From a virus, in the IMG/VR virus record IMGVR_UViG_3300026478_000749, positions 1 to 64,000 of that record: a DNA stretch of 64,000 nt, one strand, 5' to 3'. Under the pieces are notes generated by a model. The model had not been told where the DNA came from, did not search any database, and worked only from the letters and a program-made list of their open reading frames with translations. Of this stretch, positions 29,601 to 39,770 are shown one piece after another (positions within the stretch are counted from its first letter, which is position 1; each line of letters begins with the position of its first letter). The translations under genes and the position numbers were made by a program.

Positions 29601-31447
29601 CCCCAATTACTTTCTATTGTAGATCTGCAAGTGTTGTAATAACTTATGAACAAGTTAATAAAACTGAACCAGAAAAGAAAACTAGATTTATTCCTGGAGA
29701 AACAATAGTAATCCCAGGTAAAACAGATATTTCAGAAATCACAACAACTAAAAAGAGAAAGCCGCCATTAGATGTTGTAAAGAAACTTATAATGAAGGCT
29801 TTATCTGAGTGTTTCTATTTTAAGAAATTAGAAGAAACAGATCCTGTTGTATTTGGTAGTTTAAAAGAGAAGCTAAGATATTTTCATCCAGCTTTCCACT
29901 CAATGACACCAGAGGGTTTAAATGCTAGATTAACGTTCTTACATCAATGTATTAGACCTGGTGATACTATACCGGTTAAACAATTAGGTACAGATATAAA
30001 TGGAACAGTTGTGGATGCAAGAAATACAACATTTGGCCCGCCGCCTGTTTGCGTTTTAAGAATTGGTGATTTCTACCATTCAAAGATTGTGATAACAGCT
30101 ATGAATATTACGTATGAGAATAGTACGTGGGATTTAAATCCCGAAGGTATAGGTGTTCAACCAATGGTTGCAGATGTAACCTTACAAGTTAACTTTATTG
30201 GTGGTCAAGGTATTAAAGAACCGGTGGCTAAATTACAAAATGCTTTAAGTTCAAACTTCTATGCAAACACTGAAGTGTATGATTATAGAGCAGATTCAAC
30301 CGTTGATCAAGACAAGCTTGTTAAATTCAATGTAGACTTTTTAGAAAAACTAACTGGTGGGATCGAGACACCAAAAATAAGTGAAATACCAACTGAAGAT
30401 AAAACTAAAAAAGATGGTACTTGGATTGGTTCACAAAATGGAACTAAAATGACTTACAAAGAAGTTATTCAAAATTTATTTAAATCAACCAATGATTATT
30501 TTACAGCGTTTAAAAACACATATACTAAATTAACCGAATCATATGGTAAAGAATTTTTACCTCTGTTTATATCACAAACCTATAGAACAATTAATCAAGT
30601 TGATGTTCAAAACACATTGTCATCAACAATACAAATTAACTTATTAGGTGAGTATAAACAATTCGTTGATTTTGCAAATCTTTATGGAAGAGTTGAAAAA
30701 GAATTATTAGCTAAAGTTAGTTCATCAGATCACAATGTTGTTTTAGATTTAGGATTTGATTCAGGAACTTCAAAGTATGATAGATCCAGAGAAATAATTG
30801 ACGCGTATATTAAAACAACAGTAACCGAGTTTTTAAATAAAATTAGAGACGAAAAAGCCGCTAAAGAACTGGAGCAAAATAGAAATAAACTTGTCGATTT
30901 AATTGATAGGGTTAATTTTATAGTTAAGACCAATGGTAAAGATGGAAGATTCGATAAAAAGGAAACAACAGTAGCTACATTAGCAAATTTTGATTATACT
31001 AAGTTTTATACACAATATGACGAAGCAATAAATCTTATAAAAGATAAACATTCAATTTTTACTAGCGAATTAGATAACACAATTAACTTTAATTTACCAT
31101 CTTTTGATGATACAGCTTACAAAAAGATATTAGCGTTTATAATAAAAGATAAGGTTTCTATAATTAAAAAATTGTATGATGATTCAAAGGACACAAAATA
31201 TTTTGATCAAAATGCAATAAACAGAATAGAGAAGAATATTGAAAAATTTATCAAAAACAATAAATCTAATTCTGATATTAAGAAATTTAAATATAAAGAA
31301 GCCAAACTTAAAAAAGAAATAAAACCATTTGATTTCAGTTATACTGGAACATTAAGTGGACAAGAAATCGAAATACTTGAAAAAGTACACGCAATAAAAG
31401 GTTCGGCGGGAGCAACTAAATTAAACTTTATAAAACCTAGTACATAA
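26636..31447 (+). CDS. large baseplate/tube-initiator protein with inserted OmpA-like domain
   Basis: WFPPYDL...W....LGRPEPIYTY...R...ISF and PPVCVLRIGDFY...WD...QPM.ADV tube-initiator motifs; internal YNIKLSHRRSDSLIKYI. Confidence 0.65.
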   Translation: MPSYLDFNSTKKLRDELLAKTLQKPNGPQTFNTSNYSIQNTRNIANRDLGDVTLNDDTSRAAQLVSTDSSNRFGPENSQYEVLENTRILIDPAGNIGLYPYFPIADSILGRSLIGALNSGNYEFESTLAKFANYHLTESPDGPVQSRIRQNLKTATEGRARILDAVNGNLSSAINIIRGRERLIEKNYKITVAKTIPGKAIDFLQTVSGIEFPWSEIPGDYLTNPANPIVNRPVPKTELGKIFQDATGVLGSLLGIQRRPTPSRKPSDLMIEYLSDGQKDVLFDNLSFSTYAPNYTTRARSQNTSKLFNFVDSVATGINKVLGREAPEGKAYIGDDRGDDIKNVLEDFNQNKVLSPYYLSYKFDSKAAELFSNEKNISERGTIPGKLTWFSINSKNRLGANNTEYSSERGVFEDSLSTKHEFRDDSILGKTQQLLNSLPKNGGESRSHVANVIDQTSRVFREGTKLISRGSAIAYVDKATGVQDGTEYCRVWTKDRAYMNYSDTMKKTGTIRKIEDSVMSTPWNLNIAPMSNGNRSFVGSTNIDGIEGKAKKYMFSIENLAWKTSNKFGYTVNDLPICERGATGGRVMWFPPYDLKVNETNTANWDKNNFLGRPEPIYTYQNTERTGTISFKVVVDHPSILNLLIKEISDEEAENFLNSFFAGCYDVDFYTLVRKYITLDPSDLQLIMSYLEYYRKDSSGNFKREDTTTSLEFNNVAGEVIVKPGREEPIESPAADGRNTFGQVLADKIIYFPNDIPGPKTNIYVDAKSQSYDLVYNDYIKDKENFKNQLASGLNTILTVDTKDNRADRVVIFGTEDPTSGGTISIQTLINDKKGLIDTAFTELQTNFGVISGATATLKSELEKKNIKQIKLTIESSTSFVADDSYNIKLSHRRSDSLIKYILKSISKDSNTIPEYKWDKTIDQLNTDTAQTNQTITIDLKKLGYGEDIEGSMVVDFINKGEKATASGPETYDCTGKEIKNKTGLKKYAPITFYCRSASVVITYEQVNKTEPEKKTRFIPGETIVIPGKTDISEITTTKKRKPPLDVVKKLIMKALSECFYFKKLEETDPVVFGSLKEKLRYFHPAFHSMTPEGLNARLTFLHQCIRPGDTIPVKQLGTDINGTVVDARNTTFGPPPVCVLRIGDFYHSKIVITAMNITYENSTWDLNPEGIGVQPMVADVTLQVNFIGGQGIKEPVAKLQNALSSNFYANTEVYDYRADSTVDQDKLVKFNVDFLEKLTGGIETPKISEIPTEDKTKKDGTWIGSQNGTKMTYKEVIQNLFKSTNDYFTAFKNTYTKLTESYGKEFLPLFISQTYRTINQVDVQNTLSSTIQINLLGEYKQFVDFANLYGRVEKELLAKVSSSDHNVVLDLGFDSGTSKYDRSREIIDAYIKTTVTEFLNKIRDEKAAKELEQNRNKLVDLIDRVNFIVKTNGKDGRFDKKETTVATLANFDYTKFYTQYDEAINLIKDKHSIFTSELDNTINFNLPSFDDTAYKKILAFIIKDKVSIIKKLYDDSKDTKYFDQNAINRIEKNIEKFIKNNKSNSDIKKFKYKEAKLKKEIKPFDFSYTGTLSGQEIEILEKVHAIKGSAGATKLNFIKPST

Positions 31448-31767
31448 TGAATCAGTATTTCAATAGATATGATTACTTTTTAGAAGATGGGGAACATAAA
31501 ATTGTTCCAGGTATTGAAATACCTCAAAAGTCTACTGATAAGTTTTTTAATTATAAAAAGGGTAAAGATCGTTTAGATAAAATATCACAAGAATATTATG
31601 GAACCCCATTATTTAGCTGGTTAATTTTAATGGCTAACCCTAAATTAGGCTCTGTAGAGTTTGAGATACCAGATAACGCAATCGTTAGGGTACCTTTTCC
31701 TTTGATTAATTCTTTACAAGATTATAAAAAGGGCGTAGAATTGTATAGACTATATTATGGCGAATAA
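31447..31767 (+). CDS. LysM-like baseplate wedge protein (gp53/P2 gpX-like)
   Basis: DRLDKISQEYYGTPLFSWLILMANP...IPDNAIVRVP. Confidence 0.8.
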   Translation: MNQYFNRYDYFLEDGEHKIVPGIEIPQKSTDKFFNYKKGKDRLDKISQEYYGTPLFSWLILMANPKLGSVEFEIPDNAIVRVPFPLINSLQDYKKGVELYRLYYGE

Positions 31768-34700
31768 TCAATTAAATCAGAATGAAAACATATTAGTATT
31801 AGTAGATCAACAAAACATAGTACATATTGATCCTAATACCGTTGTTTCTTCATCTGGAGATTTACAGCCAAGATTTGTAGATCACGAAAATTTAGTAATG
31901 TATGCTAATCTTGAAGCCGATTTGGTCCCAAGAAGTGTTTTATATTCTGAATCTCAAACAAATACTTTAACATCGGTTGCACAAGGTAAGTTTAACTTAC
32001 TTAGAAACTCAGACCCAAAAAATGAGTTTGAAAACAACTTTGATACAAACTGGACAGAAACATTTGTTTCAAATAACAATATAGCAACCAGTAGAACAAC
32101 TGGTGAAGGGGTACATTACGACCCAACCGCACAAACATTTGGTATTGATTCAATAAACATTACGGTTAAAGGGGCTAATAATATTCCTCAAGTCGGTATA
32201 AATTTTATTGATGTTAGAGGTAAAACATTATTTGACGCGCCAGACAACTCACCGTATAAAGCATTCTTTCACCAGCCATGGCCAATATTTTATTTAACAA
32301 TTAAAGGCTATTATGGTAAAGCAATAAGATACAGACTTCAATTGGTTGATTTTAAATCCAAATTCAATGGAAGTAATGGTAATTTTGAGATAGCAACAAA
32401 GTTTGTTGGCTCAAGCTATGCGTTTTTAAACGATATCCTTTTACAAAACATTATTAATGCACCGTTTATGTATATGGTTGAAAAACCAGAACCGTTTAGG
32501 GTAAATGAAAAAACAGGTTTTGTTGAAAAAAAGATATCTAAAACAACAAAAGGATATGCGATATTAAAATCTGTTTATAATGAATACATAGCAAAGGGTT
32601 ATATTGATAAAGATTTCCCAGTCAAAACTCTTAGAGATTTATTAATGACTGCAACTGCATTAGACACAATTATAGAGAAAGCTCTTTTTTCTGAAACAAT
32701 CGAACCCGATGTTTTAAGTGATGTAGCACAATATGATAAGTCTCTTGATAAATTTGAAAAAGCAATTATTTCTTGGGGTAATAGATACCTTTCAGCAGAC
32801 AATCCCCCTTATTCTCAAACTTTAAGATTTCCAGGGTCAAGTGTTGATACCACTGTAAATTATTATAGATTAAACAAACCAACAAACGATAGTAGTAAAG
32901 TTACAAGTGGTCCCCTTAATTTTGATATAGTTACAGGGACAACAACCAATAACTCATTAGCTTCTATTATTAAATTTTATACGGATGATCTTGAAAATAA
33001 TAAAGCATTTGGTAGCAAACCCAAAGCCAAATTACAAAATGGTATAGAGACGCAAACAATATCCTTAGACACCGTAAAAAATATTAAAGACTTTTATGAA
33101 ATAAAAGACAGTCAAATACTTGTGTCAAATGAAAAATTAGTAAACTATATAAAATCAATACAAGCTACATTCATTAAGAAAAGAGATGCGGTTGAAAATG
33201 AAGTTGAAAACAAAATGAATGTAGTGATTCAAGACAAAAAAGTTGGCTTTGGTTTCAAGCCTACTATTAGAAATATTTTTGCTGTTATTTTAGCAAACGC
33301 AGATACGTACATTAGATTAATGAAAGATGTACATAACAAATCAATACAAAAATCTGATTTAAGAAAAAAAGAATTATCTGGGTACACATCAAATGATAAA
33401 AATGAAATTGTTTATCCTTGGCCAGAAGTTAAAAAGAATGGTCGAGATGATAAACCAACATTTTTTTATCCCGCTGATCCAGAAATAATAGGATTAACTA
33501 AAGGTAATAATTACAATATCTGGCCAGAGGTTGAATTTGTTGAAACATATAATAGTGTTGCTGTTAAAAGAGTCGATACTGGAACTGGTAAAGAAGTAAG
33601 CCCTGGAGAAATTACTTTTGTATTTGATGATGATAAAGAAACAAGAGAAACATTTAATGTTAGTTCATTATTAAAAATTGCGGTGCCATCACCATACATA
33701 GATAAATCTTTATCAAATATTCTTTACGAAATTTACGAGAGAGCTCAATTAATCACATCTTTAGAGAGTTTTGACTATGGAAAAGGTTTAGACGAAATTG
33801 TTGAAAATGAGTTTAAAAATATTAGTGGGGCAACACAAGGTGATCTTGAAATAAGAGCATTGCTTAGCACAAGAATTAAAAGCATAACAGATTTAACAAA
33901 CAATCTTGAAAAATTCGCAGAAAAGGAAAGATTTCCATATTTCCAAGATGGTCTAACAACAGTAGAATATATTAGAGGGTTACTTGATAGTGATTTTAAA
34001 ATTGAACACTATACTAAGTCTGTTCAAGAAAGTGGCACCAAAAGTAATGAATTTGAGAAGTTACAGTCCGCTTTAGATTCGTTTGTTATTCCAGAATATA
34101 GAACAAAAGAATTTCCTTTTAATTCTGAACTATACGGCTCATATGTTGCAAGTAATTTATTGAGTAACACTTTTGGTGTTGGTTCATCTATCGGTTATAA
34201 AGGTATCTTTAAAGTTAATGAAAATTCTAATTTCATTAGTTCGCCAATTAATCCAAAAGCTTGGGTAAATTCAAGTTACCATAAGAATATGTTTTCTAGT
34301 CAAATAAAGTATGATAACTTTACAAGAAATCTATTAAACACACCATATTTTCATAAGCAGCTATATGATGACTTTATGAAAGGTGGTGTTGAAGGTAGAT
34401 ATGTTGGATCGGCTTATATTTTATTAAATTCTTTACCATATAAAGACCTAGATGATGTTTTAGATTTTGATGGTAAAAAGACATTCATGTTTGCTTTACT
34501 TAAAGAAGTTGGCGCAACACATTACATACCACACCATTTAATCTTAAGATGGGGGGCACAATACCATAGATATAAAAAATATCTTACTGATGGTATTGAT
34601 ATTATAAGTGGGATTACAATTCCTATTAATGCCGCAACATTTTTTGATAATGCAACTAACGCTTCATTTAACTTATCTGGAAACACAACACCAGATCAAA

Positions 34701-37573
34701 CTGGAATGACCAGCACAATAACTGGGGCGACTTATAATAGTAATAGCTACGTGGGATTATATCCATTTTACCATGGTATATATTCTCAGATTGTTAATGG
34801 GTATAGTTTTTATAATCCATCTGGTTTTACAAAAACAAGTGCTAACGCTTCCAATGCCGCAAACCAATATTCTGCTGCAGTAGCATCAGGAATGACCAAG
34901 TTTGTTATTTCAAAACCAACATCAACATCTGGTTATACCTTTACGTGCTTAGTTGATAATTCTATATTTTCTCCTGACGATGTTCGTTATACCGTTTTAC
35001 CTTCATTTAATGGAGGTCAAATAAATGACTTAATCAATAACTTTAACACACTAACACAAGATTCATTTAGACTTATTTATGACTCAAATAATCTAAATAA
35101 TAACCCATCATATAGCACAGCATATTTCCCAACGTATGGCGAAAGATTTGAAAATATTTCTGGCGAATACACATTAAACGGTAACAAAAAACGTGTAATG
35201 GATTTAATTGCGGTCTTTAGTCCTGAAATATTAGACGAGTTTGAAAAAATGTTTATTGATTTTGCGTCATTAGATCTTGACTTAGATACAGTAAAAAAAG
35301 AAATTGACTATAGTTCTTTCCAAAGCTTTTTAAAAGAAATTACCAGTATATCTAAAAATGGTATTAATTTTAATTCTAGTGGTTACGAAGTAAAGATAAA
35401 AGAAAACCAAACAAAAAAGTTAGAAGATTTAACCAATCAACTATTAGATAATAAAGCTTTGGATATTTTAACAATTGGTAATCCTAGACAAATTGATGAC
35501 TATGTAATTCGTGGATATATTGGAAGATCAAAGACATATCGTCTAAATGAATATAATGCTTCTCAGTTAACCCCACAAAACCAAAAATTAATTGAATTAT
35601 ATATTGGCCAAAATATCACAGGTGCAACATATAGTGGCATTAGTTCTAATCTATACCATCACTTTTTTCAAATAAGCGATATTGAGGTTACACCTGAAAA
35701 TATATATGCACATAGAGAGTTAGCAAGAATTTATGCTGGATGGGTTAAAGATCAAATTGTAAACACTCCAGGATTTTCGCCAAACTACACAAATTTTAAA
35801 ACCTATATAGAATCTAGCATATTCCGTCCACAGGTAAACAGATTAAATGATTTTTTAAATAATCTTACCAGAAAATTTTCAGCTTTAAAAGAAGAGCCGA
35901 TTGAAGGAAGAGTCACAATATATCATGGTTTTAACGAAACAAAAACAACATTACTAGACTTATATCAATTTTTTAAATCTTTTAATGATAAATGGATTTC
36001 TGGTAACGCTATTGGGCAAAGGAGCCTTATGGAAGAATTTTTATTTTTAGATAGAGCTAATAGAGACATTGGGAATGAGGCATACATAAGCCTCGAACGT
36101 TTGATTTCTTTAGCGGACGAAAAAAATATTAAAATAGATTTATATAGTGCAGTTTCATTGTTAATTCAAGGTACAAACTTTGACTTAAGACCGTTACCGG
36201 CATATGTGAATTTCTATGGAACTAATTCAACCAATAAGAAAAAAATACTACCTTCTAAAAGTATTGCTCGTACATTATTTGGAACTCACTTAGATGTGGA
36301 CTACCAAGAATCATCACCAAAAATTATACTTCAGTATATTAACAAGACGTCTCAATATCTAGATATGTCTAAAGTTAGTAAAGAATATAAATTTAAAAAT
36401 GATGGGTTTGATATTAAAAATCCAAACAACAATCCGTTATTGATTGAGCCCAAAATATTCATGGATACTGATTTATCAAAATCAAATAGAGTGGTTTCAT
36501 TTGAGATAAATTTTGGAGATCAAGCACAAAATATATTTAAAAATATTTCTCTTGACCAAAGCACATACAAGAATACAACAGAAAGCGCTTTAGCACAAGA
36601 AAGGCTAGCAAGGTCACAAGGTGGAGGAGGTAGTCATTCTGTTGATATAGGTTTATTTGATATTTACAAAACTGCTTCTTATCAATGTAGTGTTACCTGT
36701 ATGGGTAATGCTATGATACAGCCAACAATGTATTTTTATTTGGCTAATGTCCCAATGTTTACAGGGACTTATTTGGTTTTTGATGTGAGCCACGCAATCA
36801 AACAGGGGACGTTTGAAACAACATTTACAGGTGTTAGAATTTCTAATAGTTCACTACCGTCATTAGAAAGTACATTTATGTCTAGTTATAGACCTTTGTT
36901 TAGTAGAATACTTTCAGCAGCGGTTAAGAAAAAACAACAAACAGCTCAAGCTCAAACAACTGCTAAATCAATTACAACTGCAGATAATAAAACCTTTACA
37001 ATTGATCCCGGCGCCCCAGCAAGAGGAGAAGATTTAAATAATATCAATAAAGCGTCAGGTTTTATATTTGGCGATTTAATCCCATATAATGGTCAATTGA
37101 TAAATGGTAAACCAGAGCAGTATATTCAATCTATTAATTACAAGAACGAAAATTGGTTAAGAGCGAGGGTTTGCGTTCTTGGTTCAGGTAAGTATACACC
37201 AATTAAAAACGGATCTCCAGCAGAATTATCTTTAGTTAGTGGGTGGAAAGCATATCCTAATAAACTTGTTAAGTTAGCAGATATCGGTGCGTTGTATGAA
37301 TATTATTCTATAAGAGCAAATGTAACAAACGCAAATAAAGAAATTCTTTTTGATTGGGATACTGTTTTCTATGTTCCTAAGTCGGACACTACATATACAC
37401 TTGAAACAAACGTTAATCCAAATGACGGTAGATTTGATGGCCCAGTTCATAGCGGTCCAAGTATAGATGACCCCACATATGCTCAATATGGGGTTGCTCT
37501 TAGCCCTAGTTTAATGAGAAAATTAAGACTGGTTGAGGGAGATGTTTTATATTTAAGACACGTAAGGAAATAA
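31757..37573 (+). CDS. large baseplate hub protein (gp27/gpD-like C-terminal region)
   Basis: FGIDSINIT...VGINFIDVRG near the N-terminus; CMGNAMIQPTMYFYL..VPMFTGTYLVFDVSHAI...FETTFTGVR hub motif. Confidence 0.65.
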   Translation: MANNQLNQNENILVLVDQQNIVHIDPNTVVSSSGDLQPRFVDHENLVMYANLEADLVPRSVLYSESQTNTLTSVAQGKFNLLRNSDPKNEFENNFDTNWTETFVSNNNIATSRTTGEGVHYDPTAQTFGIDSINITVKGANNIPQVGINFIDVRGKTLFDAPDNSPYKAFFHQPWPIFYLTIKGYYGKAIRYRLQLVDFKSKFNGSNGNFEIATKFVGSSYAFLNDILLQNIINAPFMYMVEKPEPFRVNEKTGFVEKKISKTTKGYAILKSVYNEYIAKGYIDKDFPVKTLRDLLMTATALDTIIEKALFSETIEPDVLSDVAQYDKSLDKFEKAIISWGNRYLSADNPPYSQTLRFPGSSVDTTVNYYRLNKPTNDSSKVTSGPLNFDIVTGTTTNNSLASIIKFYTDDLENNKAFGSKPKAKLQNGIETQTISLDTVKNIKDFYEIKDSQILVSNEKLVNYIKSIQATFIKKRDAVENEVENKMNVVIQDKKVGFGFKPTIRNIFAVILANADTYIRLMKDVHNKSIQKSDLRKKELSGYTSNDKNEIVYPWPEVKKNGRDDKPTFFYPADPEIIGLTKGNNYNIWPEVEFVETYNSVAVKRVDTGTGKEVSPGEITFVFDDDKETRETFNVSSLLKIAVPSPYIDKSLSNILYEIYERAQLITSLESFDYGKGLDEIVENEFKNISGATQGDLEIRALLSTRIKSITDLTNNLEKFAEKERFPYFQDGLTTVEYIRGLLDSDFKIEHYTKSVQESGTKSNEFEKLQSALDSFVIPEYRTKEFPFNSELYGSYVASNLLSNTFGVGSSIGYKGIFKVNENSNFISSPINPKAWVNSSYHKNMFSSQIKYDNFTRNLLNTPYFHKQLYDDFMKGGVEGRYVGSAYILLNSLPYKDLDDVLDFDGKKTFMFALLKEVGATHYIPHHLILRWGAQYHRYKKYLTDGIDIISGITIPINAATFFDNATNASFNLSGNTTPDQTGMTSTITGATYNSNSYVGLYPFYHGIYSQIVNGYSFYNPSGFTKTSANASNAANQYSAAVASGMTKFVISKPTSTSGYTFTCLVDNSIFSPDDVRYTVLPSFNGGQINDLINNFNTLTQDSFRLIYDSNNLNNNPSYSTAYFPTYGERFENISGEYTLNGNKKRVMDLIAVFSPEILDEFEKMFIDFASLDLDLDTVKKEIDYSSFQSFLKEITSISKNGINFNSSGYEVKIKENQTKKLEDLTNQLLDNKALDILTIGNPRQIDDYVIRGYIGRSKTYRLNEYNASQLTPQNQKLIELYIGQNITGATYSGISSNLYHHFFQISDIEVTPENIYAHRELARIYAGWVKDQIVNTPGFSPNYTNFKTYIESSIFRPQVNRLNDFLNNLTRKFSALKEEPIEGRVTIYHGFNETKTTLLDLYQFFKSFNDKWISGNAIGQRSLMEEFLFLDRANRDIGNEAYISLERLISLADEKNIKIDLYSAVSLLIQGTNFDLRPLPAYVNFYGTNSTNKKKILPSKSIARTLFGTHLDVDYQESSPKIILQYINKTSQYLDMSKVSKEYKFKNDGFDIKNPNNNPLLIEPKIFMDTDLSKSNRVVSFEINFGDQAQNIFKNISLDQSTYKNTTESALAQERLARSQGGGGSHSVDIGLFDIYKTASYQCSVTCMGNAMIQPTMYFYLANVPMFTGTYLVFDVSHAIKQGTFETTFTGVRISNSSLPSLESTFMSSYRPLFSRILSAAVKKKQQTAQAQTTAKSITTADNKTFTIDPGAPARGEDLNNINKASGFIFGDLIPYNGQLINGKPEQYIQSINYKNENWLRARVCVLGSGKYTPIKNGSPAELSLVSGWKAYPNKLVKLADIGALYEYYSIRANVTNANKEILFDWDTVFYVPKSDTTYTLETNVNPNDGRFDGPVHSGPSIDDPTYAQYGVALSPSLMRKLRLVEGDVLYLRHVRK

Positions 37574-37625
37574 ATCCCGAAAAAACATAAAGATTGTAGT
37601 ATTTATATGTATACATTTTAACACT

Positions 37626-37823
37626 ATGGAAAAGTTAAATAACGCGGTCAATCAGTTTTTAAACCCAAAGGTTACTAAAGCTGTTTCTAATGACCAAATG
37701 GAAAGAGAAGAATGCGATTTGCAGACTGGTGAATGTTATGTCATCAGATCTAAAGATGGTATTGTTGAAAGAATAAATAAAAAATACATTACCGAAGACG
37801 GTAGACAATTATTACAAGACTAA
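37626..37823 (+). CDS. small hypothetical protein
   Basis: 65 aa with TATTTAT upstream; contains CDLQTGEC. Confidence 0.7.
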   Translation: MEKLNNAVNQFLNPKVTKAVSNDQMEREECDLQTGECYVIRSKDGIVERINKKYITEDGRQLLQD

Positions 37824-37827
37824 AACT

Positions 37828-38469
37828 ATGTTAGAACAAAAGCTTTTACAAGAGGTAAATAGATTTAGAGAAATCAATAGAAATGCAACAAAGCATTATA
37901 TTATAAAAGAACAGGCTGAGCCTGCAGCTTTACCTCCAGCAGATGCTCCAGCAGCACCGGATGCTTCAGCTGCACCAGAAATGCCAACCCCAGATGCGGC
38001 CGTTCCAGCTGCACCAGGATTACCCGATAGCCCAGCTATGGGTGAAACAGAAGAGGTGGACGTTACGGATTTGGTTAATATGACCAAAAATATTAAAAAC
38101 GAGCTAGAGACCTCAAAAATGGAAAACGATAGCGTTATCCAGAAAATGGATACTGTGTTCAGCAAATTAGACGACTTAGAGTCTAAATTAAGCAATATGG
38201 ATGCTATCATATCTAAGATTGATCAATTGGGTGCTAGAGTTGAAGAAATGAAGCCACAAACCCCACAAGAGAAATTAGAAATGCGTTCATTGGATTCTTA
38301 TCCATTTAATGAAAAACCACAAGAGTTTTTTGCTCATAAACAAGATGAAATGAGAGCTAGCGGTAAAAATGAATATGTTTTAACAAAAAATGAAATTGAG
38401 AACTATTCAAAAGAAGAACTAGCTGGAAGCTTTAACCCTTATCAAGATGAACAACAACCTAAGTTCTAA
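37828..38469 (+). CDS. hypothetical protein with Ala/Pro linker and coiled coil (possible scaffold/core)
   Basis: LLQEVNRFREI N-terminus, PAALPPADAPAAP low-complexity stretch, heptad region. Confidence 0.6.
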   Translation: MLEQKLLQEVNRFREINRNATKHYIIKEQAEPAALPPADAPAAPDASAAPEMPTPDAAVPAAPGLPDSPAMGETEEVDVTDLVNMTKNIKNELETSKMENDSVIQKMDTVFSKLDDLESKLSNMDAIISKIDQLGARVEEMKPQTPQEKLEMRSLDSYPFNEKPQEFFAHKQDEMRASGKNEYVLTKNEIENYSKEELAGSFNPYQDEQQPKF

Positions 38470-38827
38470 TGTAAATTTCTTTTTAGGACTACAAAATCAG
38501 TTTAAAATATTACACTGGCAAACTAAAGGTTATGCTAGACATAAAGCATTTGGTGAAATTTATGAAACTTTAGATAGTCTTATTGATGAATATGTTGAAA
38601 TTTGTATGGGAAAACATGGTAGATTTATATTAGATAATTCTTCAAACACAATTCAAATGACCAACCTAGCTGATCTCAATATAGTTGAATTTTTACAAAC
38701 TGCAAAAAATAGACTTATAGGTTTTAGCGGTGAATTATCACAAGAAAGAGATACCGATCTTTTAAACCTTAGAGACGAAATGTTAGGTTCATTGAATAAA
38801 TTAGCCTACCTACTCACCCTAGAATAA
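38447..38827 (+). CDS. Dps/ferritin-like four-helix protein
   Basis: LHWQTKGYARHKAFGEIYETLDSLIDEYVE ferroxidase-type H/D/E pattern; DLLNLRDEM...YLL. Confidence 0.75.
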   Translation: MNNNLSSNVNFFLGLQNQFKILHWQTKGYARHKAFGEIYETLDSLIDEYVEICMGKHGRFILDNSSNTIQMTNLADLNIVEFLQTAKNRLIGFSGELSQERDTDLLNLRDEMLGSLNKLAYLLTLE

Positions 38828-38854
38828 TTTTTAGGTATTTTTTAAAATATTTTT

Positions 38855-38883
38855 AGCCCAGATTTTGTAATCTGGGTTTTTTT
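38855..38883 (+). terminator. intrinsic terminator
   Basis: AGCCCAGATT/AATCTGGGTT stem plus T tract. Confidence 0.8.
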
Positions 38884-38921
38884 GTTTATATTTTACTATT
38901 GTCAATTTAAAAACAAATAAT

Positions 38922-39770
38922 ATGAGTACAGTAGATGCAGTACTAGCACAGTACGAAAAAAGCAAACAATCCGCAAGCGGAAACAACAACAGAGTATCTA
39001 GCGAAGAAAGACTTAAAAGGTATTTTACAACAGTATTACCTAAAGGCTCTAAAGGGGAAGAACGCAGAATCAGAATTCTCCCTACAGCAGACGGAACTTC
39101 TCCATTTAAAGAAGCTTATTTCCATGAAATTCAAGTAGATGGAAAATGGGTTAAATTATATGACCCAAAACAAGACGGTAAGCGTTCTCCATTAAATGAG
39201 GTGTATCAGAGTTTAATGAATACTGGTGTTGAATCAGATAAAGAATATGCTCGTCAATATCGTTCTAAGAAGTTCTATATTGTAAAAGTTATCGATCGCG
39301 ATAATGAGCAAGACGGACCAAAGTTTTGGAGATTTAAACACAATTCAAAGCAAGACGGTATTCTAGATAAAATTTTCCCATTATTCCAAAAGAAGGGAGA
39401 TATTACAGATCTACAAACAGGTAGAGATTTAACTTTGTTCTTAACATTAACAAAATCTGGTAATGGTAAAGAATACACAACAATTAACTCTATCATTCCA
39501 GAAGATCCATCACCACTTCACTCAGATGATACGGTGGCAAAAGGTTGGGTTAATGATGAGTTAACTTGGTCTGATGTTTATTCTAAAAAACCAGAAGAAT
39601 ATTTAGAGATGGTTGCAAAAGGTGAAACACCTACTTGGGATTCAGAAGGTAAAAAATGGGTTTCAGGTGCAAGTGGAGAAGATGTGATTGTTGGTAAAAA
39701 ACAAACAGTTTCTACACCAATTGAAGATCCACAAGAAGATGAAGATGCAGATGAAAATCTGCCATTCTAA
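38922..39770 (+). CDS. single-stranded DNA-binding protein (gp32-like)
   Basis: RIRILP, KFYIVKVIDR, DITD..TGRD, acidic tail EDEDADENLPF. Confidence 0.8.
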   Translation: MSTVDAVLAQYEKSKQSASGNNNRVSSEERLKRYFTTVLPKGSKGEERRIRILPTADGTSPFKEAYFHEIQVDGKWVKLYDPKQDGKRSPLNEVYQSLMNTGVESDKEYARQYRSKKFYIVKVIDRDNEQDGPKFWRFKHNSKQDGILDKIFPLFQKKGDITDLQTGRDLTLFLTLTKSGNGKEYTTINSIIPEDPSPLHSDDTVAKGWVNDELTWSDVYSKKPEEYLEMVAKGETPTWDSEGKKWVSGASGEDVIVGKKQTVSTPIEDPQEDEDADENLPF

